Positions 1-7,770 of a stretch of DNA of 48,288 nt are shown here, one piece after another (position 1 is the first letter of the stretch; every line of letters starts with the position of its first letter). The DNA is from Oscillospiraceae bacterium (GTDB taxonomy: Bacteria; Bacillota; Clostridia; Oscillospirales; Ruminococcaceae). A program made the translations under genes and the position numbers. Below the pieces are notes generated by a model, which saw only the letters and a list, made by a program, of their open reading frames with translations, did not search any database and was not told the origin of the DNA. The stretch lies in the NCBI GenBank assembly GCA_017483145.1, contig JAFULT010000020.1, positions 1 to 48,288 on the forward strand, written 5' to 3'.

Positions 1-141
1 AAATTTCTTCGCGATTTTCGCAAAAATATTTCAACCTGCTAAAGCCCTTGAAATATTTTTGCTCTCCGCAGACTACGCCATTTATATTCGGGGAAAGTAT
101 TTCCCCGAACCCCTTTCTGTTCGCTAAATCCCAATTTATCT
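1..141. repeat. Left arm of a perfect 141-bp terminal inverted repeat (partner 48148..48288)
   Basis: Bases 1-141 are the exact reverse complement of 48148-48288 (compared base by base, 141/141). The arm holds two internal hairpins: 20-34 with 48-62 (15-bp stem) and 87-96 with 100-109 (10-bp stem). Confidence 0.95.
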
Positions 142-176
142 AACATTTTTAATTTAATTTTACAACAAAAAACAGC

Positions 177-209
177 AAAACTGCTTTCTTTACGGAGAGC
201 AGTTTTTTA
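177..209. terminator. Hairpin plus T-run, possibly a bidirectional terminator
   Basis: aaaactgct (177-185) pairs perfectly with agcagtttt (198-206). A T-run follows and an A-run precedes. Confidence 0.5.
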
Positions 210-238
210 TTGACTTATCTATAGCATAAGAGTACAAT
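210..238 (+). promoter_or_regulatory. Sigma-A-type promoter for the M20D amidohydrolase gene
   Basis: TTGACT (210-215), 17-nt spacer, TACAAT (233-238), about 35 nt upstream of the ATG at 274. Confidence 0.55.
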
Positions 239-273
239 GTTGTTATTAAATTAACGATTTTAGGGGTGTAAAT

Positions 274-1461
274 ATGAATAAAGCATTGGAATGGTCACTT
301 GAAATACAGAATGAAATTTCTCTGTGGCGCAGGGAACTGCACAAAATCCCGGAACTTGGTCTTAATCTGCCACAGACAACAGCTTTTATCACTGCAAAAT
401 TGGATGAATGGGGTGTAAACTACACAGTGTGCAAAAACTGCACAGGTGTGGTGGCACTGCTGGGCAAAGCAGGGGGCAAATGTATTGCCTTGCGCGCTGA
501 TATGGACGCATTGCCAATAAAGGAAGAAACAGGCCTTGAATATGCATCAACCAATGAAAATATGCACGCCTGCGGCCACGACTGCCACGCTGCAATGCTT
601 TTGGGTGTTGCAAAAGTGCTGAAGGACCACGAAGAAGAATTGAACGGCTATGTAAAACTGTTTTTCCAGCCTGGTGAAGAAGGCCCTGGCGGTGCACCTG
701 TAATGATTGAAGAAGGCTGTATGGAAAACCCACACGTTGACGCCATTTATGCCATCCACGTTACAGAAACAGAAGAAGGTATGAAACCCGGTGATATCCG
801 CCTTATGTACGGCGATGTTTCTGCCGCAGATGACCAGTTTGACCTTTATGTAAAAGGCCGTGGCGGCCACGGTGCAGCGCCTCATATGTGTGTTGACCCT
901 GTGGTTGTTGCCACTACAATTATCCAGACTTTCCAGACTATTGTCAGCCGTGAAATTTCACCGCTGGAACCTTGTGTTATCACAGTTGCCACACTGCAGG
1001 CAGGCCGTGGTGCAGAAAACATTATCAGCGACACCTGCTATATGCGCGGCACTGTAAGAAACAAAAATATGAAAAACCGTGAATATGTCCTGCGCAGAAT
1101 GGAAGAAGTGGTAAAAGGCATCTGTATGGCAATGCGTGCAGACTATGATTTCAAACTTGACTACGGCTATCTGCCTGTAGTAAACGAAGAAAAAATGACA
1201 GACGCACTTATTGCATCTGCATCCAAAGTGCTGGGCGAAGATGGAGTACACGTTTGGGGTACACAGCAGATGGGCGGCGAAGATGCCGGCTTCTACTATC
1301 AGCTGGTACCTGGCTGCTTCTTTAACCTGTGCTGTCAGGGTGCCCACTCAGACGGCAAAATCTACCCGGGCCACAATTCCAGATTTGTGGTAGATGACAG
1401 CCTGCTTTATCGCGGTACAGCAGTATTTGTACAGGGCGCCATTGATTATCTCAACAGCTGA
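274..1461 (+). CDS. M20D-family amidohydrolase (N-acyl-L-amino-acid amidohydrolase / hippurate hydrolase-like)
   Basis: 395-aa ORF with an AGGGG RBS. Motifs ALRADMDALP and HACGHDCH are typical of the M20D metal-binding site. Antisense ORFs inside it are shadows. Confidence 0.85.
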   Translation: MNKALEWSLEIQNEISLWRRELHKIPELGLNLPQTTAFITAKLDEWGVNYTVCKNCTGVVALLGKAGGKCIALRADMDALPIKEETGLEYASTNENMHACGHDCHAAMLLGVAKVLKDHEEELNGYVKLFFQPGEEGPGGAPVMIEEGCMENPHVDAIYAIHVTETEEGMKPGDIRLMYGDVSAADDQFDLYVKGRGGHGAAPHMCVDPVVVATTIIQTFQTIVSREISPLEPCVITVATLQAGRGAENIISDTCYMRGTVRNKNMKNREYVLRRMEEVVKGICMAMRADYDFKLDYGYLPVVNEEKMTDALIASASKVLGEDGVHVWGTQQMGGEDAGFYYQLVPGCFFNLCCQGAHSDGKIYPGHNSRFVVDDSLLYRGTAVFVQGAIDYLNS

Positions 1462-1507
1462 AATACATAAAAATAAAATGCACAGCAGTTTTCTGCCGTG
1501 CTTTTTT

Positions 1508-2044
1508 TTATTGTCTTATAAATCTCTTTCTGAATCGGTATACATAGATTATCAGCACTTTTTCCACTGCTTTGTCATACAGGAAAAATGTAAGGTTGAA
1601 CATTGCAAACAGCACGCCCACAAATGCCATACTGTAGCCGGCAAATTCATTTACCAGCACCGCCACCGGGAAGATAAACAGCAAAATACTGTATACCACA
1701 ACCAGCATTATATTTATGTATGCCAGTTTAACTGTAAATCGCAGCAGTTTGTTTTTTATCCTGTCTATCGGCATTTTTACCACAGTATACAGACCAAATA
1801 CAAATATAAACATAAACACCAGTTCCTGGTCCGGCACCAGCATCAGTCCCAGTATGCTTACAGCCAGATACAGTGTAAAGGCTGTTTTTTCCCTGTATTC
1901 ATATACTACAGGCATCAGAAGACCGGCTGCTATTGCAGGGCATACATATGTGGCAAACGGGAACAGAAACCCCATCAGCAGCATTGTAATGCACAGTGCG
2001 CCGATTACACCGCACAGTGCAATTTTCATAGTCTGTTTTTTCAT
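1508..2044 (-). CDS. Polytopic membrane protein, function unknown
   Basis: 178-aa ORF with a GGAG RBS before the ATG. About 5-6 hydrophobic segments and a basic C-terminal tail. I recognise no catalytic motif. Confidence 0.7.
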   Translation of the reverse strand: MKKQTMKIALCGVIGALCITMLLMGFLFPFATYVCPAIAAGLLMPVVYEYREKTAFTLYLAVSILGLMLVPDQELVFMFIFVFGLYTVVKMPIDRIKNKLLRFTVKLAYINIMLVVVYSILLFIFPVAVLVNEFAGYSMAFVGVLFAMFNLTFFLYDKAVEKVLIIYVYRFRKRFIRQ

Positions 2045-2212
2045 TATATCTCCAGAATATCAATGTATTTGTTTTATTGATAATTATAGTATAAAACAAT
2101 GATTAAAATATGTAAATGCCATTTATTGCACTTTTATTCCATAAAAAATTATGGTACAATTAAATTAACTATACAACCGGCTATCCGGTTAATGATTTAT
2201 TTGGAGAAAAAT

Positions 2213-3175
2213 ATGAGTAAAATTCCTGTTATGATTGATGCAGATCCGGGCATTGATGATGCAATAGCCATCATTATGCTGGCAGCTGCTGAAAATGTTG
2301 ATATCAAGGCTATTACCACCACACACGGTAACGTAGGTCTTGAAGGCACAACAAAAAATGCCCTGGCACTTAAAGACTTCCTTGGTATAGACTGCATTGT
2401 TGCAAAAGGTGCGGACAGACCAATGATTGTACCGCTGAAAAACGCCAGTGAAATTCACGGTGCAAACGGACTTGCAGGCTATGAACTGCCTGCACCGGCT
2501 TCTGTACCGTCAGAAGAAAAAGCCTGGGATGTTATGTACACCCTGGCTAAAGAAGCACAGGGGGAAATGACCCTGGTTGTTCTTGGTCCTATGACAAATA
2601 CAGCTATTGCAATTCTTAAATACCCTGATTTTAAAAATTACATCAAAAGAATTTATATGATGGGCGGCAGCCGCGGTCACGGCAACCACAGCCAGAATGC
2701 TGAATTCAATATATGGGGTGACCCGCATGCCTGCCAGGTTGTACTTAAAAGCGGTATCCCGATAACAATGGCAGACCTGGATTTCACATTTTCCAATGCT
2801 ATTACAGGCGCTGAAATGAAAGAACTGTATAGCTATGGCAAAAAACTGAAACCAATGCTGGATGCATTTGTTGCCCACGATACAAAACGGTGCATGCGCC
2901 AGGCTGAAGCCACAGGAACTGTTGCTGATTTTGACAGTTATAAAATTGTTATCTGTGACTCCTCTGCTTCTGCTGCACTTTTGCTGGATGGAGATTGCCT
3001 TGAAACAGAAGACTATTATGTTGTATGTGAAACACAGTCCAGCGAAAATGAAGGTCAGACAGTATTTGACTACAAAGGCCATCTTAAAGGTGAGGCCAAT
3101 GTTCAGCTCTGTATGAAAATAGACAGGGAAAAATATCTTGGCCTTATACGCGATGCTGTGGCACATTTTGAATAA
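2213..3175 (+). CDS. Nucleoside hydrolase (IUNH family)
   Basis: Start moved from ORF start 2099 to ATG 2213, which has a GGAGAAAAAT RBS. The N-terminal IDADPGIDDAIA Asp cluster and GGSRGHGNHSQNAEFNIWGDP match the inosine-uridine-preferring nucleoside hydrolase signature. Confidence 0.85.
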   Translation: MSKIPVMIDADPGIDDAIAIIMLAAAENVDIKAITTTHGNVGLEGTTKNALALKDFLGIDCIVAKGADRPMIVPLKNASEIHGANGLAGYELPAPASVPSEEKAWDVMYTLAKEAQGEMTLVVLGPMTNTAIAILKYPDFKNYIKRIYMMGGSRGHGNHSQNAEFNIWGDPHACQVVLKSGIPITMADLDFTFSNAITGAEMKELYSYGKKLKPMLDAFVAHDTKRCMRQAEATGTVADFDSYKIVICDSSASAALLLDGDCLETEDYYVVCETQSSENEGQTVFDYKGHLKGEANVQLCMKIDREKYLGLIRDAVAHFE

Positions 3176-3186
3176 GGGGAAGCATT

Positions 3187-4146
3187 ATGGAAAAAATCAA
3201 AATTATTATGGACGTAGATACCGGCATTGATGATGCAATAGCAATGTGTCTTGCGCTTGGAAACGAAAAAATTGATGTTCTGGGGTTCACAACCACATTC
3301 GGTAACCGCCGTTGCGAAGTTACTACAAAAAACACACTGAAAATTCTTGAACTTGTGGGCCGCACTGATGTACCTGTGGCAGCAGGCGCAACACGCCCTA
3401 TGGTAAAGGAATACAATCCGCCGGAATACAGTATTGTTCATGGCTATGACGGTCTGGGTGATATGGAAAATCCTCTGCCGGAACCATCTATCACACCTGT
3501 TGATAAATCTGCTGTACAGTTTATGGCAGACACCCTGCGTGCCAGTGACGAACCAATCACTCTTGTGCCGGTGGGCCCGATGACAAATGTGGCATCCCTT
3601 ATTCTTGCACATCCTGAACTTCTGCCAAAAATCAAAGAAGTTGTGCTTATGGGCGGCTCTACAATGCAGGGCAATGCATCACCTGTTGCAGAAGCAAATA
3701 TTATACAGGACCCGGAAGCTGCATATATCCTGTTCAGAAGCGGTGTAAAACTCCGTATGGCCGGTCTTGATGCCACCTGGAAAGGCTATATCGGTTTTGA
3801 TGAACTGGAAAATGACTTTGCCAAACAGAACTGGCTGACAGAAACTATTTACAGTATGTGCGGCATTTATGTTGAACACTACCGTGAAAGAATGAAAAAT
3901 CCTGGTATTGCCATGCACGACAGCCTTACACTGGCATGGCTTGTAAATCCTGATATTGTGCAGTGCCGGGACTATTATGTAACAGTTGATATCAATGGCC
4001 GTTATACATACGGTATGACTGTTACCGATGTAAACAATGTTCTTGGCAAAAAGCCAAACGCATCAGTTGCACTGGATGTGAACCGCATTGAGTTCATACA
4101 GATGATAAAAGATGCTATTGCAAATCTTGCAGCAAACAAAAAATAA
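3187..4146 (+). CDS. Nucleoside hydrolase (IUNH family), tandem paralogue
   Basis: 319-aa ORF with an AAGGGGAAG RBS. Motifs MDVDTGIDDAIA and GGSTMQGNASPVAEANIIQDPEAA. Starts 11 nt after the preceding IUNH gene. Confidence 0.85.
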   Translation: MEKIKIIMDVDTGIDDAIAMCLALGNEKIDVLGFTTTFGNRRCEVTTKNTLKILELVGRTDVPVAAGATRPMVKEYNPPEYSIVHGYDGLGDMENPLPEPSITPVDKSAVQFMADTLRASDEPITLVPVGPMTNVASLILAHPELLPKIKEVVLMGGSTMQGNASPVAEANIIQDPEAAYILFRSGVKLRMAGLDATWKGYIGFDELENDFAKQNWLTETIYSMCGIYVEHYRERMKNPGIAMHDSLTLAWLVNPDIVQCRDYYVTVDINGRYTYGMTVTDVNNVLGKKPNASVALDVNRIEFIQMIKDAIANLAANKK

Positions 4147-4207
4147 TTTTACTACATAGATGTATACAGCCATTCTGAAAAGATGGCTGTATATTAATGA
4201 GGATTTA

Positions 4208-5527
4208 ATGGTATATTTTGACTATATTGTTATAGCCCTGCTGATTGTTTCAATTATAGTAGGGATTATAAATATTGTTTCCAATTCCGGAATAAGGAAT
4301 TTTGCAGAAAAAATAGATGACACAGAAAAAGATATAAAGGACTATATTGACCGCAACCGGAAAGACACCCTGGATTTTATTGCCCGCCAGATGGATGCAG
4401 TAAACACTGCCAACCGGGCTGCACAGGCAAACCTGTCCAATATTGAAGCACTGCGCTTTAACGAGTTTTCAGAAAGAACATCAGAAAACCTGCACACCCT
4501 GCGCAAAACAGTAAACGAAATGTCTGCAATGGTGGACAACCGCTTTGCCACATTCCAGAAACAGACCACAGGCCAGATGGAAACTATCCGTCAGACAATG
4601 GAAAAACGCGTTTCAGATATGCGGGCTTCCAACGAAAAGAAACTGGAAGAAATGCGCCGGACAGTGGATGAAAAACTGCAGAAAACCCTGGAAGAACGCA
4701 TCAACCAGAGTTTTAAAATGGTAAACGACCGCCTTGAACAGGTTTATAAGTCCCTTGGGGAAATGCAGAAGGTTGGCGACGGTGTGGAAGATCTGCGCAA
4801 AGTGCTGTCAAATGTGAAAACCCGTGGTATTCTTGGTGAAGTGCAGCTGGGGGCAATACTGCAGGATATTCTCAGTCCTGAACAGTATGAGACAAATATT
4901 GCCACAAAAAAAGGCTCTGCTGACCGTGTGGAATTTGCTGTAAAGCTGCCCGGTGACGGAGATACACCTGTTTATCTGCCTATCGATGCAAAATTTCCGC
5001 TGGATGCATATCAGAAACTTACAGATGCATATGACACTGGAGACCGGCAGCAGGTGCAGCAGGCGGCAAAAGAACTGCGCAACCGTATAAAAGGTTTTGC
5101 AAAGGATATACGCACCAAATATATTGATGTGCCTAATACCACAGAATTTGCTATTATGTTCCTGCCTACCGAAGGACTGTATGCAGAGGTGGTGCGCTAT
5201 GGCCTGGTGGAAGAACTACAGAAAGAAAAAATCAACATTGCCGGCCCTACAACAATGGCTGCATTGTTGAACAGCCTGCAGATGGGTTTCCAGACACTTG
5301 CCATACAGCAGCATTCTGCACAGGTGTGGAAGGTGCTGGAAGAGGTAAAAACAGAATTCGGCAAATTTGAAGCAGTTCTGGCCAAAACACAGGACAGAAT
5401 GCGCCAGGCATCTGATGAACTGGACAAACTGGTGGGCACACGCACAAATGCCATCAACCGTAAACTCCGCGATGTGTCAGATTTCTCCGGTCTGGGCCGG
5501 TCAGAAACAGATTTTGAACAAAACTGA
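4208..5527 (+). CDS. rmuC: DNA recombination protein RmuC
   Basis: Start moved to ATG 4208 (GAGGA RBS). N-terminal TM segment, long charged coiled-coil region and a C-terminal region (LPIDAKFPL, MFLPTEGLY) typical of RmuC. Confidence 0.85.
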   Translation: MVYFDYIVIALLIVSIIVGIINIVSNSGIRNFAEKIDDTEKDIKDYIDRNRKDTLDFIARQMDAVNTANRAAQANLSNIEALRFNEFSERTSENLHTLRKTVNEMSAMVDNRFATFQKQTTGQMETIRQTMEKRVSDMRASNEKKLEEMRRTVDEKLQKTLEERINQSFKMVNDRLEQVYKSLGEMQKVGDGVEDLRKVLSNVKTRGILGEVQLGAILQDILSPEQYETNIATKKGSADRVEFAVKLPGDGDTPVYLPIDAKFPLDAYQKLTDAYDTGDRQQVQQAAKELRNRIKGFAKDIRTKYIDVPNTTEFAIMFLPTEGLYAEVVRYGLVEELQKEKINIAGPTTMAALLNSLQMGFQTLAIQQHSAQVWKVLEEVKTEFGKFEAVLAKTQDRMRQASDELDKLVGTRTNAINRKLRDVSDFSGLGRSETDFEQN

Positions 5528-5557
5528 AAATAAATTGAAAAAATGTAAAAAAAAGTG

Positions 5558-5586
5558 TTGACAAACCGATAATCTTATGGTATCAT
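5558..5586 (+). promoter_or_regulatory. Strong sigma-A promoter for tRNA-Leu(GAG)
   Basis: TTGACA (5558-5563), 17-nt spacer ending in a TGG extended -10, TATCAT (5581-5586), about 30 nt upstream of the tRNA 5' end. Confidence 0.7.
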
Positions 5587-5616
5587 TTATCTTGCGTTAA
5601 GGATAACGCTCGATTC

Positions 5617-5703
5617 GCGGATGTGGTGGAATCGGCAGACACGCCAGCTTGAGGGGCTGGTGGTAGCAATATCGTGCAAGTTCAAGTCTTGTCATCCGCA
5701 CCA
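5617..5703 (+). tRNA. tRNA-Leu (anticodon GAG), class II with long variable arm, encoded CCA
   Basis: Acceptor gcggatg/catccgc, anticodon stem ccagc/gctgg with loop ttGAGgg, long variable arm, T-loop ttcaagt, 3' a-cca. 87 nt. Confidence 0.9.
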
Positions 5704-5733
5704 AAGACCAGTCAGAAATGGCTGGTCTTTTTT
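5704..5733 (+). terminator. Rho-independent terminator after tRNA-Leu(GAG)
   Basis: aagaccag...ctggtctt hairpin followed by TTTTTT. Confidence 0.75.
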
Positions 5734-5768
5734 GTGTTTGAAAAACACAACAGTCCTAACATATATAT

Positions 5769-5983
5769 GCGGATGCAAGACTTGAACAGCGTTCAACCAA
5801 AAAAGTAATCGTCGCATACGGCGACAATATAAATATTGTCTTGTCTGCTCGTGACTTTCCCGTTCTCGCCGGAGCCGGCAGACCCCTTGTCACTGCGTGA
5901 CATTCCCCTAGCAGGGGGACCTCCGCCTACCTTCCTCTGACATTGTCAGCGGTCGGCTCCGTCACCTGTCATCCGCACCAAAG
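5769..5983 (+). other. tRNA-end-derived element: inverted copy of the tRNA-Leu(GAG) T-arm/acceptor at the left end, direct 17-bp copy of the tRNA 3' end at the right end
   Basis: 5769-5787 gcggatgcaagacttgaac is the reverse complement of the tRNA 3' part gttcaagtcttg(t)catccgc with one base missing. 5967-5983 tgtcatccgcaccaaag is identical to 5690-5706. The interior is GC-rich, has no ORF and is dense in mini-palindromes. Confidence 0.6.
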
Positions 5984-6015
5984 CTCACTGGAAACAGTGG
6001 GCTTTTTTATTTTTT
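5983..6015 (+). terminator. Rho-independent terminator after the duplicated tRNA 3' end
   Basis: gctcactg / cagtgggc stem (one G-U pair), GAAA loop, then TTTTTTATTTTTT. Confidence 0.7.
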
Positions 6016-6140
6016 CAATATATATAATTACTTCAATGTTTTGCTGCAAGAAAGGGAAAAGTGCAGCCTATACAGATATTCATACAGCCACAGACAGGAA
6101 AACCGGAAACGGTGTACAGATTAAGATATGAAAAAAACTG

Positions 6141-6164
6141 CCGCTTATGATTGTTCATAAGCGG
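6141..6164. terminator. Bidirectional hairpin, terminator of the XRE regulator gene
   Basis: Perfect 10-bp stem ccgcttatga/tcataagcgg flanked by an A-run (+) and a T-run, just downstream of the minus-strand CDS that ends at 6195. Confidence 0.6.
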
Positions 6165-6194
6165 TTTTATAATATCTCAATTTTATTGTGTCGT

Positions 6195-6410
6195 TTACTT
6201 CAGTGTTTCTTTTTTGTCAGTTCGTTCAAGTATGTAGTCCACAGAAACCTGATGAAAATCAGCCAGTTTTATCAGTATTTCTGTAGGTATATCCAGTTCT
6301 CCTCGCTCATAGTTGCTGTACACTCTTTGGCTGCAGGACAGTACAATTCCCATTTCTCGCTGAGTCAGATCCCTGTCTTCTCGCAAATCCCTTATTCTTT
6401 TGTAAATCAT
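6195..6410 (-). CDS. XRE-family helix-turn-helix transcriptional regulator
   Basis: 71-aa ORF with a GGAG RBS. LTQREMGIVLSCSQRVYSNYERGELDIPTEILIKLA is a classic Cro/C1 HTH. Divergent from the GNAT array. Confidence 0.85.
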   Translation of the reverse strand: MIYKRIRDLREDRDLTQREMGIVLSCSQRVYSNYERGELDIPTEILIKLADFHQVSVDYILERTDKKETLK

Positions 6411-6473
6411 AATATCTCCTATAATGAATATATGTTGTTATTATAGGTTGGCGGAATTTACACTATTGATTTT

Positions 6474-6490
6474 TAGCGGAAATTCCGCTA
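6474..6490. promoter_or_regulatory. 17-bp palindrome, candidate operator between the XRE gene and GNAT-1
   Basis: tagcggaa-a-ttccgcta has perfect 8-bp arms. A further half-site gcggaattt lies at 6451-6459. The site sits 28 nt upstream of the GNAT-1 ATG. Confidence 0.45.
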
Positions 6491-6517
6491 AAATGTGAAA
6501 AGAAAGGAGCAATAAAC

Positions 6518-7099
6518 ATGGAAAACAACATACCAAATAAAACGCTTAAAAAATTTGCAAGGATAGCCAGTGAGGCTATGATTGATGACCCTGTATATGT
6601 CCGTACCTGCAAGAATGTGAAGACCAGAAAAAAGATGCTGTATCATGTTACACTTCTGCGTCTTTACGCTTCACGCAAGGCGGATAGAATTTATATAGAT
6701 GAAGAAGAAAGAGGGCTTATGGTGCTGCGTTATTCCCGCAATGACTATACTGTAGGCGAATTTCTTAAATGCCCCAACTGGCCTATGCTTTTTGTTCTGC
6801 GGCCTTATGTTGTGAAACTGTTTGATATCATAGGCAGATTTGACAACAAAGGGATTTTTGATGACAAGACCTATTGCATTGTGCCTATATTCGTGGCAAA
6901 AGAACATCAGAGAAAAGGTGTGGCGGCAAATCTTATAAAACGCGGTCTTGAGGATATGCGTGCCCGGGGCTGTAAAATCGGTCTGGAAACACAGAACCCC
7001 GCCAATCTTTCTTTTTATGAAAAAGTCGGTTTTACCCAGGTAGGTCATGATTATTATGAAGACCTGGATATGCACACATATTATATGGTTATAGAATAA
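6518..7099 (+). CDS. GNAT-family N-acetyltransferase, tandem paralogue 1 of 5
   Basis: 193 aa with an AAGGAG RBS. The C-terminal HQRKGVAANLIKRG...GLETQNPANLSFYEKVGF matches GNAT motif A (Q/RxxGxA). Shares the family motifs LKKxA, DDPVY and DEEERGL with the next four genes. Confidence 0.8.
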   Translation: MENNIPNKTLKKFARIASEAMIDDPVYVRTCKNVKTRKKMLYHVTLLRLYASRKADRIYIDEEERGLMVLRYSRNDYTVGEFLKCPNWPMLFVLRPYVVKLFDIIGRFDNKGIFDDKTYCIVPIFVAKEHQRKGVAANLIKRGLEDMRARGCKIGLETQNPANLSFYEKVGFTQVGHDYYEDLDMHTYYMVIE

Positions 7100-7113
7100 A
7101 AGGAGTTTACAAC

Positions 7114-7698
7114 GTGGCTGACAAAATTACAAAAGATATAATAAAAAAATATTCAAAACTTGCTGTGGATGCATTTATGGAAGACCCTCTTTATGTGGCT
7201 ATTTCCAAAAACAGGTTTATCAGAAAAATTGTAATTTACAATACAACTTATACAAGAATGTCCATCTTTGCCAACAAAGGTGTTACATATTATTTTGACG
7301 AAGAAGACAGAGGTCTGTTGATTCTGCGCCATGTTCTGAACGATGCCGGCCCCGCAGACCTGCTTAAAGCACCTAACCTGCCTGTGCTGCTTCTGTTTTT
7401 ACCATATACAATAAAACTGTTTACATTCCAGTCCGGCTTCAACAATGAAGAAGTAATCGGAAACGATGCATATGTTATCTCTCCGCTGTTTGTAGGCAAG
7501 GAATATCAGAAACAGGGTGTGGCCAGAAAGCTTATCCGGCGTGCTGTTGAAGATGTTGGCTCAAAGTATAAAATCGGTCTCGATACACAGAACCCTGCAA
7601 ACCTGCCGTTTTATGAAAAAATGGGCTTTGAAGTGGTGGGCCATGTTTATTATGAAGATAAGGATATCAACAATTACTATCTTGTAAGAAACCCATAA
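7114..7698 (+). CDS. GNAT-family N-acetyltransferase, tandem paralogue 2 of 5 (GTG start)
   Basis: 194 aa, GTG start 6 nt after an AAGGAG RBS. Motifs FDEEDRGLLILR, YQKQGVARKLIRR and GLDTQNPANLPFYEKMGF. Confidence 0.75.
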   Translation: MADKITKDIIKKYSKLAVDAFMEDPLYVAISKNRFIRKIVIYNTTYTRMSIFANKGVTYYFDEEDRGLLILRHVLNDAGPADLLKAPNLPVLLLFLPYTIKLFTFQSGFNNEEVIGNDAYVISPLFVGKEYQKQGVARKLIRRAVEDVGSKYKIGLDTQNPANLPFYEKMGFEVVGHVYYEDKDINNYYLVRNP

Positions 7699-7770
7699 CG
7701 CAGAATTAATCATAATTATTTATTATATTTTACAACGCAATTATAAAAAAACAGTGAAGGAGCAAACAAT

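Noticed and set aside
1394-2080. 228-aa plus-strand ORF, rich in Cys/His/Gln/Tyr
   Set aside because: It lies entirely antisense to the well-supported membrane-protein CDS 1508-2044. It has no RBS and a composition typical of a shadow ORF.
5769-5983. Considered tmRNA, SRP RNA, RNase P RNA, or a group I intron-interrupted tRNA-Leu
   Set aside because: There is no tmRNA tag reading frame or GGGG 5' end, no SRP domain IV motif (GGAAGCAG-type) and no RNase P core. The 5' part is an inverted, not direct, copy of the tRNA, so it is not an interrupted tRNA. A short ctagcaggg match to the SRP Alu region is probably chance.
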